From positions 124,001-188,000 of IMG/VR virus record IMGVR_UViG_3300023174_000040: a stretch of DNA of 64,000 nt. One strand, given 5' to 3'. Shown one piece after another: positions 19,292 to 30,035 of the stretch (its first letter is position 1; each line of letters starts with the position of its first letter). Position numbers and translations under genes: made by a program. The notes under the pieces were generated by a model. It ran no database searches and was not told the origin of the DNA. It saw only the letters and a program-made list of their open reading frames with translations.

Positions 19292-20128
19292 ATGATAATA
19301 TACAAGGCCACTTATGGCGGAAAAGACGTAAAATCAATACTTGATTCAAAGATAGCCAATGGAACTTTGAAAGTAAAGGTTAGTAATGATTTATTTGGAG
19401 ATCCAAGACCTGGTGTGTTCAAACATTTAGAAGTAGAGTCTAGCCATGGATCTAGAAAAATTCCCGAAAATGCTTACCTATCTTTACCTGATACCAATAA
19501 TGAAAAATTAGGTATTTTTTACACAAATAATAATGTAAACAAAGTTGTAAGTCAAAGTTTAAAATCCCTGGAAAAATTTGAAAATGTTGACATATTAACT
19601 TGTGTTTGGCAGCCAATAATGGGCAACAAATTTTATGAGACTCAGGCTTTAACAAAAAGCAGCAGTCATTTGAATATCATAATCCAAATTCTACAACTTC
19701 TTTATGTTGCCAAGCAAACAGGAAATTATAAATATGTAAGTTTTTTGGAGCATGATGTCCTATACCCAGATGGTTATTTTGATTACCCAGATTTCGACAA
19801 TGGTGTAACCACAAATATGAACTATATGGGGATATGCGATAGAGGTTTTCAAAAAAAGACAGCCGATCATGAGCCGCTTCATCAAATGACCATGATATTT
19901 AGTCAAGCAGTAGACCACTTTGAAAGCTTATTTAAAGAAGCAATCAGAAACGGTGGAGTTCTACTTGAACCAGGAAGAAACAGACAGAAATGGGTTTGCC
20001 GTAACCCGGCCATTCATGTGAACCACGGAAAGCACTTCACGTCACATTTTAGCATATACAGCAGAGATACATACGATGTGGACGCTTATTGGGGAGAATC
20101 CTCTGAGCTAATCAAAAGACTATTTTGA
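19292..20128 (+). CDS. SUEL/galactose-lectin-like N-domain plus glycosyltransferase-like domain
   Basis: A.YG...N.LFGDP.PG..K.L; FLEHDVLY. Confidence 0.6.
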   Translation: MIIYKATYGGKDVKSILDSKIANGTLKVKVSNDLFGDPRPGVFKHLEVESSHGSRKIPENAYLSLPDTNNEKLGIFYTNNNVNKVVSQSLKSLEKFENVDILTCVWQPIMGNKFYETQALTKSSSHLNIIIQILQLLYVAKQTGNYKYVSFLEHDVLYPDGYFDYPDFDNGVTTNMNYMGICDRGFQKKTADHEPLHQMTMIFSQAVDHFESLFKEAIRNGGVLLEPGRNRQKWVCRNPAIHVNHGKHFTSHFSIYSRDTYDVDAYWGESSELIKRLF

Positions 20129-20778
20129 TAGTCTTTTTCAAAGTGTGGATTTAAGAATATCTTGCCTTTTTCAAAAACCAATCTCTTATCAATTTCCTCC
20201 TGATTGTTTTCTCTTGAAGCATGATAATAGTTTTTATTCTCTCTTTTAAACCATCTGTATATTAGATGTATCTTTTCCATCTTGAAAGATTTTACGTTGT
20301 TGCCAAACGTGATATCAATATCTTCACCGACCATCTTATCTGGAAATACTATTCTGTCTAAGTATTTCTTACTATAAACATTACCTGTATTGGTTCCTGA
20401 GTTAATTTTTTCAAACTCATTGTTAAAAAACAGATAATTATAAATTGGTCTGTATAACTCATAATCAGGATTTTTGTTTATTGTTTCCATAGTGTTAGAT
20501 AACGCAAAGTTCATCATCAAATCATCATCATCTAATCGGAAGATATAATCTCCCTTGCATTTTTGGTACGAATACTTTAGTTTATTTCCTATTGAATTGA
20601 ATCTCTCTTTAGAGTTGATTATTCTTATTCTTGGGTGATCGTATTCATATTCAACATCAGGGCTATCGTTAACCACAACCAGCTCAGATTCTTGTTTATA
20701 ATCCTGCTGTAAGTAGGAAAAGATGGCTTCTTCTAATAGATTTTTTCTTTGATAAGTTAAAGTTAAAACAGATATCAT
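20086..20778 (-). CDS. glycosyltransferase family 2
   Basis: ISVLTLTY.R; VVVND; LDDDD; GED. Confidence 0.85.
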   Translation of the reverse strand: MISVLTLTYQRKNLLEEAIFSYLQQDYKQESELVVVNDSPDVEYEYDHPRIRIINSKERFNSIGNKLKYSYQKCKGDYIFRLDDDDLMMNFALSNTMETINKNPDYELYRPIYNYLFFNNEFEKINSGTNTGNVYSKKYLDRIVFPDKMVGEDIDITFGNNVKSFKMEKIHLIYRWFKRENKNYYHASRENNQEEIDKRLVFEKGKIFLNPHFEKDYQNSLLISSEDSPQ

Positions 20779-20781
20779 AAA

Positions 20782-21363
20782 TCAAGTCAATCTTTTTAAT
20801 GCCCAATCATGATCTTCTTCGTTTAATACAAAAAAATTGAAATTATTTTTGATCACAAATTCATCTACCGCCTCTATGACTCCAAAATCATCAAACCTTG
20901 AATAGTCGTGACCAGCCATTATTCCTTCTTTTTTTAGTTTATAAAGATAATAATTCAGATCAGATTTTACGCAATCATATAAATGACAAGAGTCTATGTA
21001 AATTAAATCAAAAAAATTATCTGGGTAATTTTTAACCGCATCGTATGAAAAATTTCTATCTATGATAACTTGTTCTGACTTTATTTCATTGGAGAAGCCT
21101 TGAATTACTTGTTGATATTCTCCTTCGCCCGAATATGCTGTGTTCATATTGCCTAAAGCAGACCCATATGTTTCATTTTTTCCATTTTTATCACTTCCGG
21201 ATAACCATGGATCAACCAAATAAAGTTTGCTTGGCTTGAGTATATTTAAAATCTTTCTTGAGAACTCTCCATTATAAACACCCAATTCTATACATTGAGG
21301 ATTTTTGGGCATGTGATGTGAAATTATTTCTAAAAATTCATCTCTATTTTTTGTTTTGATCAT
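20782..21363 (-). CDS. class I SAM methyltransferase (Methyltransf_24-like)
   Basis: IELGVYNG; LVDPW; DLIYIDSCH; GHDY. Confidence 0.85.
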   Translation of the reverse strand: MIKTKNRDEFLEIISHHMPKNPQCIELGVYNGEFSRKILNILKPSKLYLVDPWLSGSDKNGKNETYGSALGNMNTAYSGEGEYQQVIQGFSNEIKSEQVIIDRNFSYDAVKNYPDNFFDLIYIDSCHLYDCVKSDLNYYLYKLKKEGIMAGHDYSRFDDFGVIEAVDEFVIKNNFNFFVLNEEDHDWALKRLT

Positions 21364-21432
21364 ATGATATATACTAGTATGAAAAAATTCACAAATTGGC
21401 TAGAAAATAAAGCCCTGCTTATAAAAGAACAT

Positions 21433-21720
21433 TCAATCTATTGTGTATCTATTGATGAATATTTTTTCATACCTATCAATAAATTTTATCTTACCTTCTG
21501 TTCTCATTTCAAAAACCTCTTCCTTAGTCAACATGAGAGGTTCAACCAACTCATATCTATAGTTATTATCCAAACAGAATTGCTCTGCCGCTAATTTTTT
21601 GGAAATAACGGACGGAGATGTTCTTAATTTTTTAGGCTTTACTTCAACTATTATCTCATTATTTACTAGAAAGTCAGGCCTATATGTATTATCTACGCAG
21701 TCAACACTCAGAAATACCCC
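21433..21720 (-). pseudogene. start-less fragment of TnsA-like PD-(D/E)xK endonuclease
   Basis: minus-strand translation TYRPDFLVNNEIIVEVKPKK...AAEQFC; in-frame TGA at 21721-21723 and no start codon before the catalytic motif. Confidence 0.65.
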
Positions 21721-21753
21721 TCAAAAAAATAATTTAATTTCAATATATATTAT

Positions 21754-22245
21754 ATGAAAAAATTCACAGTTTGGCTTGAGAATAAAGGTAGTAAACAACT
21801 CATACTAATGAGAGGCGTATCATCCACGGGAAAAAGTACACTCGCTAAAAAATTAGTTGGAAATGGTAAAATATTTTCCACCGATGATTACTTTATGCAG
21901 GATGGAAAATATAATTTTGATGTGACTAAAATAGGTCGTTATCATAAACTAAATCAAGAAAGAACTGAAGAAGCCATGAAGAATGGTTTATCTCCAATAG
22001 TTGTTGATAATACTATGACTCAAGCATGGGAAGGTTCAGAGTATGTCAGGCTTGCCGATAAGTACGGTTATTCGGTTAGAATAGAAGAACTTCCAATTCC
22101 GGATATTGATGAATTAATGAAACGTCAAGAAAGTAGAAAAAATATAAACAAAGCTCTTCCAAGAGAAGTTGTTGAAAGAATGATTGGTAAATTTCAACCA
22201 GGACTAACAGTAGATGATATTAGAAAAGGAAAAAAGAGTTCCTAG
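21754..22245 (+). CDS. P-loop kinase (AAA_33 / polynucleotide-kinase-like)
   Basis: LILMRGVSSTGKSTLA; STDDYF; IVVDNT. Confidence 0.85.
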   Translation: MKKFTVWLENKGSKQLILMRGVSSTGKSTLAKKLVGNGKIFSTDDYFMQDGKYNFDVTKIGRYHKLNQERTEEAMKNGLSPIVVDNTMTQAWEGSEYVRLADKYGYSVRIEELPIPDIDELMKRQESRKNINKALPREVVERMIGKFQPGLTVDDIRKGKKSS

Positions 22246-22336
22246 AATCTTGAATCATTAATATAAAAATATATAACATCTATTGCCAAATTTCTTCTAG
22301 TTGATATAATAACTTTTTATCAACTGGGAGGGGTAA

Positions 22337-22555
22337 ATGAAAAATAAAAAGCCAGGCCCTTATCACAAATTATTAGCAGTAAACAATGGCATAGCCAGAG
22401 TTAAAAAACACTGTGGCTTTTGCGACCGAACTCATGTGGTAAACTTCCCATTAGATGATATTGGGATTGAAAGACGCATGAATACTTTTTGCAATGACTG
22501 CGAGAGAAATGTAGTCAAGATAAAGAAAAGACAGAATAGAGAAAAAGAAATGTAG
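22337..22555 (+). CDS. small zinc-ribbon protein
   Basis: CGFC...CNDC; GGAGG RBS. Confidence 0.55.
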   Translation: MKNKKPGPYHKLLAVNNGIARVKKHCGFCDRTHVVNFPLDDIGIERRMNTFCNDCERNVVKIKKRQNREKEM

Positions 22556-22646
22556 ACACTCCGTTTCCCTCCGGTACGGTTCTCTGGTGTTGCGATTAGC
22601 AATCGTTTAGGTTGCCGCAACACAAATCTCTACCGGAGGAATCGAA

Positions 22647-22979
22647 ATGGAAATCCAGTATGGTCTGAATCTTTCTACTGGCTGTCGTGATGTTGATTTT
22701 AAGCCTGAGTCTAACTTTTACAGTCCCAAGGCTAAGACTAGCGGGCGTAATTATAAGGTTAGTCTGAATCAGTTTATTCATACCATCAATGCAGTTTTTG
22801 GTAACGGCGGCGACTATTCTGATGTTGCCAAGGAACTTGGCGTCACTAATAGTGCCGTCTATAGCAGGGTTAAGAAGTTGCGGGAAACAGTCCCAACGCT
22901 TCCCAAGATTGATAACCGTTCTAGCGATACTGCTGTTGAGGCGGCTGCTATTCTCGCTAAACTCGGTATCAACCAGTAA
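22647..22979 (+). CDS. HTH protein, paralog 1 of 6
   Basis: GGDYSDVAKELGVTNSAVYSRVKKLRE. Confidence 0.75.
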   Translation: MEIQYGLNLSTGCRDVDFKPESNFYSPKAKTSGRNYKVSLNQFIHTINAVFGNGGDYSDVAKELGVTNSAVYSRVKKLRETVPTLPKIDNRSSDTAVEAAAILAKLGINQ

Positions 22980-23211
22980 TAATAGGGAGATATATCATGG
23001 AAGATAAGATTCCGTCTTATATGTTGGAAGATTATTATTCTAATCTCTTGTCTTATATCCGAATGGAATATATGACAGAATACACAGAGATGACAGAGCC
23101 TATGAAAAAATGCTTCTTGCATCTTTGGACTAATAATACTCCGATCCCTAATGCTGCGTTTTATTTTCATAATAGTTTTCGATCTGATTATACACTATAA
23201 GGGGATATAAA

Positions 23212-23673
23212 ATGAATCGTGAAGAATGTCGTGTTGGTATGAATGTTATTTTCGGTAGTGGCAACGGCGAGAAAACTCGTGGAGTTGTAATTAAAGTAAA
23301 TCCAACTAAGGCCAAGGTTAGAACGACCGAAAATCGTGGATACAGGCATGAGGCAGGTACTGTTTGGACTGTTCCTTATTCCTTACTCCAGGCCATTGAT
23401 GATAATGGAACGGTTGTTGAGAAGGAAATTAAATATAATCCATTCACCCATGTTGATAATTTGATTCTTGAGGCCGTTCTTTGTTGTTATGGGGAACTTA
23501 GTCCCGAAAATTTGAGTTGCGACGGAGAAGCCAGTTATCTCCAGATTGTTAATAAGAAGAACAGTATCAGCAAGAAGTTGAAGGGCTTGCTTATGGCCTA
23601 TGGGATGGAGGTTAGTGAAAAGCAAATCTATGATTGGCACGATAGCAAGCGTCAGTATGAAAGGAACAAGTGA
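23212..23673 (+). CDS. hypothetical phage protein (SH3/KOW-like N-terminus)
   Basis: VG.NV.FG..G.V.KVN..AKV; LSPENLSCDGE. Confidence 0.6.
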   Translation: MNREECRVGMNVIFGSGNGEKTRGVVIKVNPTKAKVRTTENRGYRHEAGTVWTVPYSLLQAIDDNGTVVEKEIKYNPFTHVDNLILEAVLCCYGELSPENLSCDGEASYLQIVNKKNSISKKLKGLLMAYGMEVSEKQIYDWHDSKRQYERNK

Positions 23674-24260
23674 TGTCTGATCAAATTGATAGGGTATTTG
23701 CTTTTGAAGCATATGATATTGCAATTAAGAAGGGAAGGCATCCCGAACTTGAAAAACTGATAGCAATGTCACCGGAATCGAGTGTATCTTATGCCATCCA
23801 TCTTAAAGCCTCGCAAGGCGATAGTTTTAAAGAAGGAGAGGAAAGTATTTCCAAAGACCCTGTTTGCTCTTTGAACTATGCTAAAAAGGTATTAGAGGGC
23901 CGTTTTAAACTTGGCGAACCCGCCATTTCAAAAGATGCCAAAAGTTCTTATGAGTATGCCTTAGACGTTATTGGCGGTCGATTTAAAATGGGAGAGCAAG
24001 CAATCTTAGATTCTGCTCGTAGAGGAAAAGATGTTAAACTGGCCGCTCTTTATGCCGCATCTATAATTGGGGGCAGATGGGAAGAAGCAGAGCCCTTTAT
24101 AATGCAGGTTCCAACACTCATTCTTCCTTATGCCACCGAGCTTATTAAGGGCCGCTGGCATGAGGCAGAGAGTAAGTTGGTAGAATACAGTGACCTTTCA
24201 AGAAAATATGCCAAAGAAATGATTAAACTTCAAATCCCAGTTCTTTCTTTTGTTGAATAA
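23673..24260 (+). CDS. helical-repeat phage protein
   Basis: ~6 copies of YAxxVxxGRF/WxxGExAI. Confidence 0.7.
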   Translation: MSDQIDRVFAFEAYDIAIKKGRHPELEKLIAMSPESSVSYAIHLKASQGDSFKEGEESISKDPVCSLNYAKKVLEGRFKLGEPAISKDAKSSYEYALDVIGGRFKMGEQAILDSARRGKDVKLAALYAASIIGGRWEEAEPFIMQVPTLILPYATELIKGRWHEAESKLVEYSDLSRKYAKEMIKLQIPVLSFVE

Positions 24261-24262
24261 AA

Positions 24263-24847
24263 ATGAAACTTAAATTTGATCTTGATTTGACGGATAATAA
24301 GCACCTTCGCAATCATTTGGTAAGGAATGTTCTTTGGTATTTTAAAGATAATATCGACAGAACCAAAGAACTTGATGATTATTTCTGCACCAGTCCAGCA
24401 CTTGCCTATAAGTATCTAAAAGTGTTTCTTGAAAAAGGGGATAAAGCCTCTCCTGAGATTGAGAAGGTTCTGAGCAAAAACATTCATTATCTTTTTTCTT
24501 ATTTTCAGCACACCGAAAATCATAAAGTTCAAGACGAAAAGTTGCAGAAAAGACTTGATAAGAAGATCTACAATGATCCCCGCCTCTCATACTGTTATGC
24601 TTATAGTGTTCTAAAGTCTAGAATACCAGAAGAACATGAAGGTGTTTTCCTCAAAAACTACGACTTTGCATATCGCTATGCTTGCGAAGTAATCGGGGAC
24701 AAATTCCCAGATAGTATTCACAAAATGCTACTTCTTTCGAGTTTTGAAGAAAATGACAAGGAAAAATATGGTCTTAAAAAGTATATTGAATGTTGCGAGA
24801 AAAAAGAATTTAAATATGTTGGAAGAAATTGGTATGATAAGTTTTAA
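24263..24847 (+). CDS. helical-repeat phage protein
   Basis: YCYAYSVLKSR, YRYACEVIG; HKMLLLSSF. Confidence 0.65.
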   Translation: MKLKFDLDLTDNKHLRNHLVRNVLWYFKDNIDRTKELDDYFCTSPALAYKYLKVFLEKGDKASPEIEKVLSKNIHYLFSYFQHTENHKVQDEKLQKRLDKKIYNDPRLSYCYAYSVLKSRIPEEHEGVFLKNYDFAYRYACEVIGDKFPDSIHKMLLLSSFEENDKEKYGLKKYIECCEKKEFKYVGRNWYDKF

Positions 24848-25566
24848 TTTAATAAAGAAAATCTAGGTTTCTCATCCTTATAACTTTCAAAATCGTGCCT
24901 ATCGGCATAGGGATTAGTTACTATAACGCTCATGGCAACTGCCTTTAAAGGACTCTTTGTAAAAACCCAAAACTCTGGGTCGTTATAACGTGGGCCTATT
25001 GGTATATCTAATCTCTTAATATGGGATCCTTTAGCCCACCAGAAATTTCCAGAATAATGGGGCGGTGGATTATCGTCTAAATCACAACTTATTCTACAAC
25101 TATCCGGAGTGAACTCTCCCCAATAATTTGGGCCAACTAAGTCGTATTCATTTAAAAAATCTAGGCATTCTTGGTGTTTATCCACAACAAAATACATTAA
25201 TTTATCAGTCCATGATTTTATATTTGGGAAGCAAGAATCATTCATTTTACTTGCTCCTTTTGAGTGAAAGTATAAAACTTTATCCTCGGGTTTGGCTATT
25301 GAATATAGCTTATGAAGTGTAGTTCTCTCTCCTTCATTTTCTTCATCTGTTAGGTTTATAGTGAACTTGGGAGAAATTCCTCTGATATTGTTTGCTACGA
25401 ACTCTCTAGAAATGCCAGTTATGATTATGTTAAAATAATCAAGCCTATCTAAAATCCCAGAATTAACAGTTCTTTCTAATATAGGCTTTATCACCCCTAG
25501 ACTTCTCTCTGACGGTGCGTAAATATGATGAAATGCCAGATTTGACATGAAATAATATAGTTTCAA
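24844..25566 (-). CDS. glycosyltransferase-like protein
   Basis: YFHSKG...HYSGNFWWA..EFW motifs. Confidence 0.6.
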   Translation of the reverse strand: MKLYYFMSNLAFHHIYAPSERSLGVIKPILERTVNSGILDRLDYFNIIITGISREFVANNIRGISPKFTINLTDEENEGERTTLHKLYSIAKPEDKVLYFHSKGASKMNDSCFPNIKSWTDKLMYFVVDKHQECLDFLNEYDLVGPNYWGEFTPDSCRISCDLDDNPPPHYSGNFWWAKGSHIKRLDIPIGPRYNDPEFWVFTKSPLKAVAMSVIVTNPYADRHDFESYKDEKPRFSLLN

Positions 25567-25647
25567 CTAGTAAGAAATAAAAATCATTTATAGCAAGCAT
25601 ATATAATATTGGATGGAATAATCCATCCAATTACAAGGAGGTTTATT

Positions 25648-25860
25648 ATGAACGATTATCTAGCTAAGCTCTATGTTACACCAAATAACAAGTATACAAC
25701 TGAGGGTTGCTTAGACACCAGTGTTTATAACGGTGTTAGTTTACAAAGAACACTCAACATGATTTCAACACCAGAAGAAATCGTTGTTGTTGTTAAAGAC
25801 GGAGCCGGTTTTTCAACAAGTGCCGAACTAACCGTCACCCCAGGTTTCATCGCTGACTGA
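25648..25860 (+). CDS. small hypothetical protein
   Basis: AAGGAGG RBS; CATATATA upstream; terminator 25890-25930. Confidence 0.6.
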   Translation: MNDYLAKLYVTPNNKYTTEGCLDTSVYNGVSLQRTLNMISTPEEIVVVVKDGAGFSTSAELTVTPGFIAD

Positions 25861-25956
25861 TATTTTTAATTTATAATTTAGATTATAAATGCACCCATGG
25901 GAGTAAAATCCTGTGGGTGTTTTCTTTTTTTATGATCCATGATATAACCAAGAATC

Positions 25957-26337
25957 ATGAAAATAGAAATGACAGAAGATGATTTAGTGCTAGCGGCAAA
26001 TAAAATAAGAAAAAATATTCATAGAAATATGATAAAACAAATAAAATCAGGAAGAAAGGCTAAGGATTTAGTTGGAAAGGTTCAAGAATATCTTGAAAAA
26101 AGCAAATTAGACTCGTTTTTAATGCTTGAAGAAACTGTTCTAATTATGAGAGCCTTCTGCAAAAAGAAAAATGATCTACTAATCATAAGCGATGATGAAA
26201 AAACAGCAGAGAAAATAGCTAATGATCTTTTCCAAAGAGGGGTAAATAATATATTGAATATCATGGCAAAAGAAGATGTTCTAGATTGTAGTTTTGACAA
26301 TGATACTAATGATTTTTATTTCAATATGAAACAATGA
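25957..26337 (+). CDS. hypothetical protein
   Basis: ORF. Confidence 0.55.
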   Translation: MKIEMTEDDLVLAANKIRKNIHRNMIKQIKSGRKAKDLVGKVQEYLEKSKLDSFLMLEETVLIMRAFCKKKNDLLIISDDEKTAEKIANDLFQRGVNNILNIMAKEDVLDCSFDNDTNDFYFNMKQ

Positions 26338-27269
26338 AAAAATATAATTGCTTAATAATGAATAATGAGGTCTGGCTCCTGGAGGCTAGACTGGAGTATG
26401 ACTTAAAATATTTTGATTTTATAATTTTAGCCGAAGCAAATTCTACTTTTAGCGGTTTAAGTAAGCCCTTTTTCTATGAAAAATATAAAGACATATTTAA
26501 AAAATATGAAGATAGGATCTTATATGTTAAACTCGAAAATTTACCAAAACCATACAAGGGTAATTTTTTAGGACATAATAATTTCAAGGCAAAAGAAAAT
26601 CGTTGGATAGTTGAATTTTACCATAGAAACTATTTACAAAACGCAATACTGCAGATTGCCAAAGAAGGAGATTTGATTTGCAACCAAGATATTGATGAAA
26701 TTCAAAATATAGATTCTTTAAACAAAATAGACAATCTAAATTACATAAATTATTTATCGTACTATGATTTTAGATTCACTATTTTAGATGATCCATTATC
26801 AAATTTTGCAGAAAAGGCATGGCACAAAGGCTTTGTAACTTCTTTTGAAAATTTACAAAAAATCAATATACACGACTATAGGAATATAAATAAGCATGAT
26901 GATTATTTTTACTTAAGTCATATCACCCCGGCAGATTTTAGATTCGATGATCAAGATCAAAATCACATGGTGTATAATTCATACAGGGCCCCTGTCCAAG
27001 ACATTAGCATTATTTACTCACCAATTGGTTGGCATGTATCATCTATGTCTTGTCACTCAGATAATAACACAAAAGTAAAATGTTTTGCACATCAAGAATT
27101 CGCAAACACTTTTGATAAAATTATAGATTTTGACTTAGAAAAAACAACAGAAGATATCGTAAATAAATTCATAGACAAAGATGATAAGAATGAAATTCAT
27201 GCGTTAGCACCACAATTTTTGCAAAATTCAAGATTCACCTCTCTATTCAAACAGCATTTAAAGGAGTAA
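26334..27269 (+). CDS. GT17-like (beta-1,4-GlcNAc transferase-like) glycosyltransferase
   Basis: NE..LLE.RL; EAN.TFSG..KP; DIDEI; GWH; FAHQE. Confidence 0.75.
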   Translation: MKKYNCLIMNNEVWLLEARLEYDLKYFDFIILAEANSTFSGLSKPFFYEKYKDIFKKYEDRILYVKLENLPKPYKGNFLGHNNFKAKENRWIVEFYHRNYLQNAILQIAKEGDLICNQDIDEIQNIDSLNKIDNLNYINYLSYYDFRFTILDDPLSNFAEKAWHKGFVTSFENLQKINIHDYRNINKHDDYFYLSHITPADFRFDDQDQNHMVYNSYRAPVQDISIIYSPIGWHVSSMSCHSDNNTKVKCFAHQEFANTFDKIIDFDLEKTTEDIVNKFIDKDDKNEIHALAPQFLQNSRFTSLFKQHLKE

Positions 27270-27471
27270 AAATGAAAGACGAGATTCACATTGAAGAACA
27301 AGATCTGTATAGCGAATACGTTGCAATGTCGGAAATAATGTATTGTTATGAATTGGAAGAAATTAATAATAAATTAGCAGAAATTTATATAGAAGAATAT
27401 CTTGACAAATAGTTTCCCTCCGGTACGGTCTAGGGGTGTCGAGAGAGAAGCCCCAGAGGAAACTATTTAAT

Positions 27472-27675
27472 ATGAACGACTTGATTGAAAAAGCCCTCGT
27501 TCGTTTCCCGAAAGCGAAAAGAATCGCCGTAGAGAACTTTACTATGGGCTATGAAAGTCTTAGTAGTGAGGCTCAATCTAATTTGGAGTTGGACGCTAGA
27601 CTTTACGATTGGAATAAAGACACAATTAACGCCATTATTAGCATTTTATCTTCAAAGGAAATAGGGAGAGGCTGA
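27472..27675 (+). CDS. hypothetical protein
   Basis: follows motif copy at 27422. Confidence 0.6.
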   Translation: MNDLIEKALVRFPKAKRIAVENFTMGYESLSSEAQSNLELDARLYDWNKDTINAIISILSSKEIGRG

Positions 27676-27676
27676 A

Positions 27677-27967
27677 ATGGATTCTAATAATTTCATGAGG
27701 ATTTTTGACGATAGGAATGAGCATAAACTTAGCATTGTTGCCTGTGGAAATGGGTATGATCTTTGCTGCCCAAACGGCAAGGTGGTTTACTGCGGGGTTG
27801 ATCCAGAACTCGTTGAAGTTCTTGAAGATTATCTTATTGTTAAAGAATTCAATCTTATTGTTAAAGAATTCAATCTTATTGATAAAGAATTCAATCTTAA
27901 AGAATTCAATCTTATTGATAAAGAATTCAATCTTATTGATAAAGAATTCAATCTTATTGACGTATGA
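27677..27967 (+). CDS. hypothetical protein with LI(V/D)KEFN tandem tail
   Basis: GGAGAGG RBS; repeat is in frame. Confidence 0.55.
   Translation: MDSNNFMRIFDDRNEHKLSIVACGNGYDLCCPNGKVVYCGVDPELVEVLEDYLIVKEFNLIVKEFNLIDKEFNLKEFNLIDKEFNLIDKEFNLIDV
27831..27960. repeat. 21-bp tandem repeat (ATCTTATTGWTAAAGAATTCA) x~6, one unit shortened to 15 bp
   Basis: read directly; no spacers. Confidence 0.9.
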
Positions 27968-28719
27968 CCATGAATAATATCTTCGATAAGTATAGTGCAT
28001 ATGAATTGCGACAAATATACGCAAGTCCCATTAGTGATTGGCCCGAACCATTTAAGAACTGGATTCACAAAGAAATAGCAGAATCACTTTTGGATTCTTG
28101 GCTTAAGAATGTTGATGACAATGAATATCGTGATCGTGTTCACGAAATTGTAGAGAATATGACATACGGTTATCCAGACAAAAATGGCAACAAAATGCTA
28201 GATTTGCCAATATACTTGGCGGCTGGCACACCAGTAAAAGCCAACATAAATGGAGAGTGGCTAGTTGGTAAAAAATTAGAAACTCCCAAAAAATTTGAAA
28301 TGCTGGGTAGTTTTTCAGATAATAAAACTATCCTAGTTGAAATAGATGGAAAAGAACTAGCAGTAAACAAAGATTTGGTGAAAGTTTTTGAACCTTTGAT
28401 GGTTGATGACAATGGAAATAAACCTAAACTAGAAGAATTTAAAAAAGATTTTAAGATTCTTGCGATTAATCTAAGTGACCCAATCAACAAAATTAATATC
28501 GACTATAATAAAGCCGAAATTGGCAATGAATTCATCAGAATATATCCAATAATCCAAGAACACGAATACAGATATGCTTTTCGAGAATATCCTTGTTGGG
28601 CTGTTGAGCAAGTTATTTTGGGAAAAAGAATAATAATTGCAACACCAATTGATACCATGATAGCAGTAAATTTATTTATAGACCGGCTTAAGTTTATCAA
28701 GTCTCGTTGGTTATTTTAA
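27964..28719 (+). CDS. hypothetical protein
   Basis: 251-aa ORF; contains EMLGSF. Confidence 0.6.
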   Translation: MTMNNIFDKYSAYELRQIYASPISDWPEPFKNWIHKEIAESLLDSWLKNVDDNEYRDRVHEIVENMTYGYPDKNGNKMLDLPIYLAAGTPVKANINGEWLVGKKLETPKKFEMLGSFSDNKTILVEIDGKELAVNKDLVKVFEPLMVDDNGNKPKLEEFKKDFKILAINLSDPINKINIDYNKAEIGNEFIRIYPIIQEHEYRYAFREYPCWAVEQVILGKRIIIATPIDTMIAVNLFIDRLKFIKSRWLF

Positions 28720-29660
28720 ATATAATAACATATATCACAGCGTGATGAATAAATAACTTTATGGAGAGCAAAATCTAATATTTAAAATTTAAGGAGGAAT
28801 ATGTGGGAATGGAATCTCTATATTTTGTTGAAAAGAAATGAATCTTGGGAGATAGTTGAAAAAAATAGTGGCATTGCCTCTGGTATTGCCTCTCTATCAT
28901 TAGGTGCTATACTTGGTTTCTTACTGGCCTGCTTGGTGGGATATTATCTATGAGCGAGATACTAGCACCTAGATTCCCTATGGTTGAAACCAATTCAATG
29001 GAATCTTATACAATCGAACAAATCAAAGATTCCCCGTATCTTTTGTGCAAATACTCGTTTCAAAAATCAAAAGGCAAATTGCCAAAAGATTTGCACGATG
29101 CAATGACATTACACGGTATGATTAATGCCAAAGATTGGTATGTTAGATTTTATTTTGACCGGATTCTATCCGGAGAAAATATTGATGATATTCTTCCCTG
29201 AGAAATCCAAATGTTAGTCAGCGAAATTAAATCCTGGGCGAAGAAGAATGGCTACATAGTCAAAACTGTAAAGGGTGTTGGCTATGAATGGAATAAAGAA
29301 GGCACAGATGAAAAGAACACCGATGATGACTTGAATGAAATGGCTCGCAAGATTTTCAATAAAATAACGGATAACAAATTTATTGATTATCAAGAAGAAC
29401 AGAAACTAAAGTGATGTTGTTTCCTTCCGGTACGGTTTCCTCAAAGGAGTCTGCTATGTTGTATCTACTTTTCACTTTTTATCTTTGGACGATGGGTGTG
29501 GTTAATTTCGATAATAATACAGATGATGTAGAAAATATGATCGCTAGGGCCAGATGCCGACAAATATCAGTTGACAACAACAACTGCGTCACCGTAAAAT
29601 TCCTCAACAGGGAGGATGCAGAACTTTTCGCAAAAGACCTCAAACGCCTCACAAAGTAAC

Positions 29661-30035
29661 ATGAAAACTAAACTTTCTTTTGAAAAACTTGAAAATAAGA
29701 TTACTCTGAGTTCCATTAATCTTTCCCTTCCTAATGTTCATAGCCAACCAGAAGTTTATCACTTACAGCAAAAACATATAAAGGAAACGAAATTTTCTTC
29801 TCAATTGCATAATTGCTTATGGAAAGAGCATGGCAATTACTTTCAAAATAATTATAATATTAAAAATCCAAATCAGTCACAAATAATAATCACCAAGTCT
29901 GGTCAGATTATAAATTATATTCCACCTACGCCTACTCGGCCTTTCCCGCTTTTTATTGAAATAAAGTTTCCTGATAGGCCAATCGGTCGTCCAAGCCCAC
30001 CTATCCAAATTAGCCCGCCTATCCAGATCAAATGA
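29661..30035 (+). CDS. protein with planctomycete-type LEPRxLL-like leader and Pro-rich tail
   Basis: MKTKLSFEKLENKITLS resembles RLxxExLExRxLLA. Confidence 0.55.
   Translation: MKTKLSFEKLENKITLSSINLSLPNVHSQPEVYHLQQKHIKETKFSSQLHNCLWKEHGNYFQNNYNIKNPNQSQIIITKSGQIINYIPPTPTRPFPLFIEIKFPDRPIGRPSPPIQISPPIQIK

Noticed and set aside
27831-27960. CRISPR array
   Set aside because: Units are contiguous with no unique spacers, and no cas genes are present.
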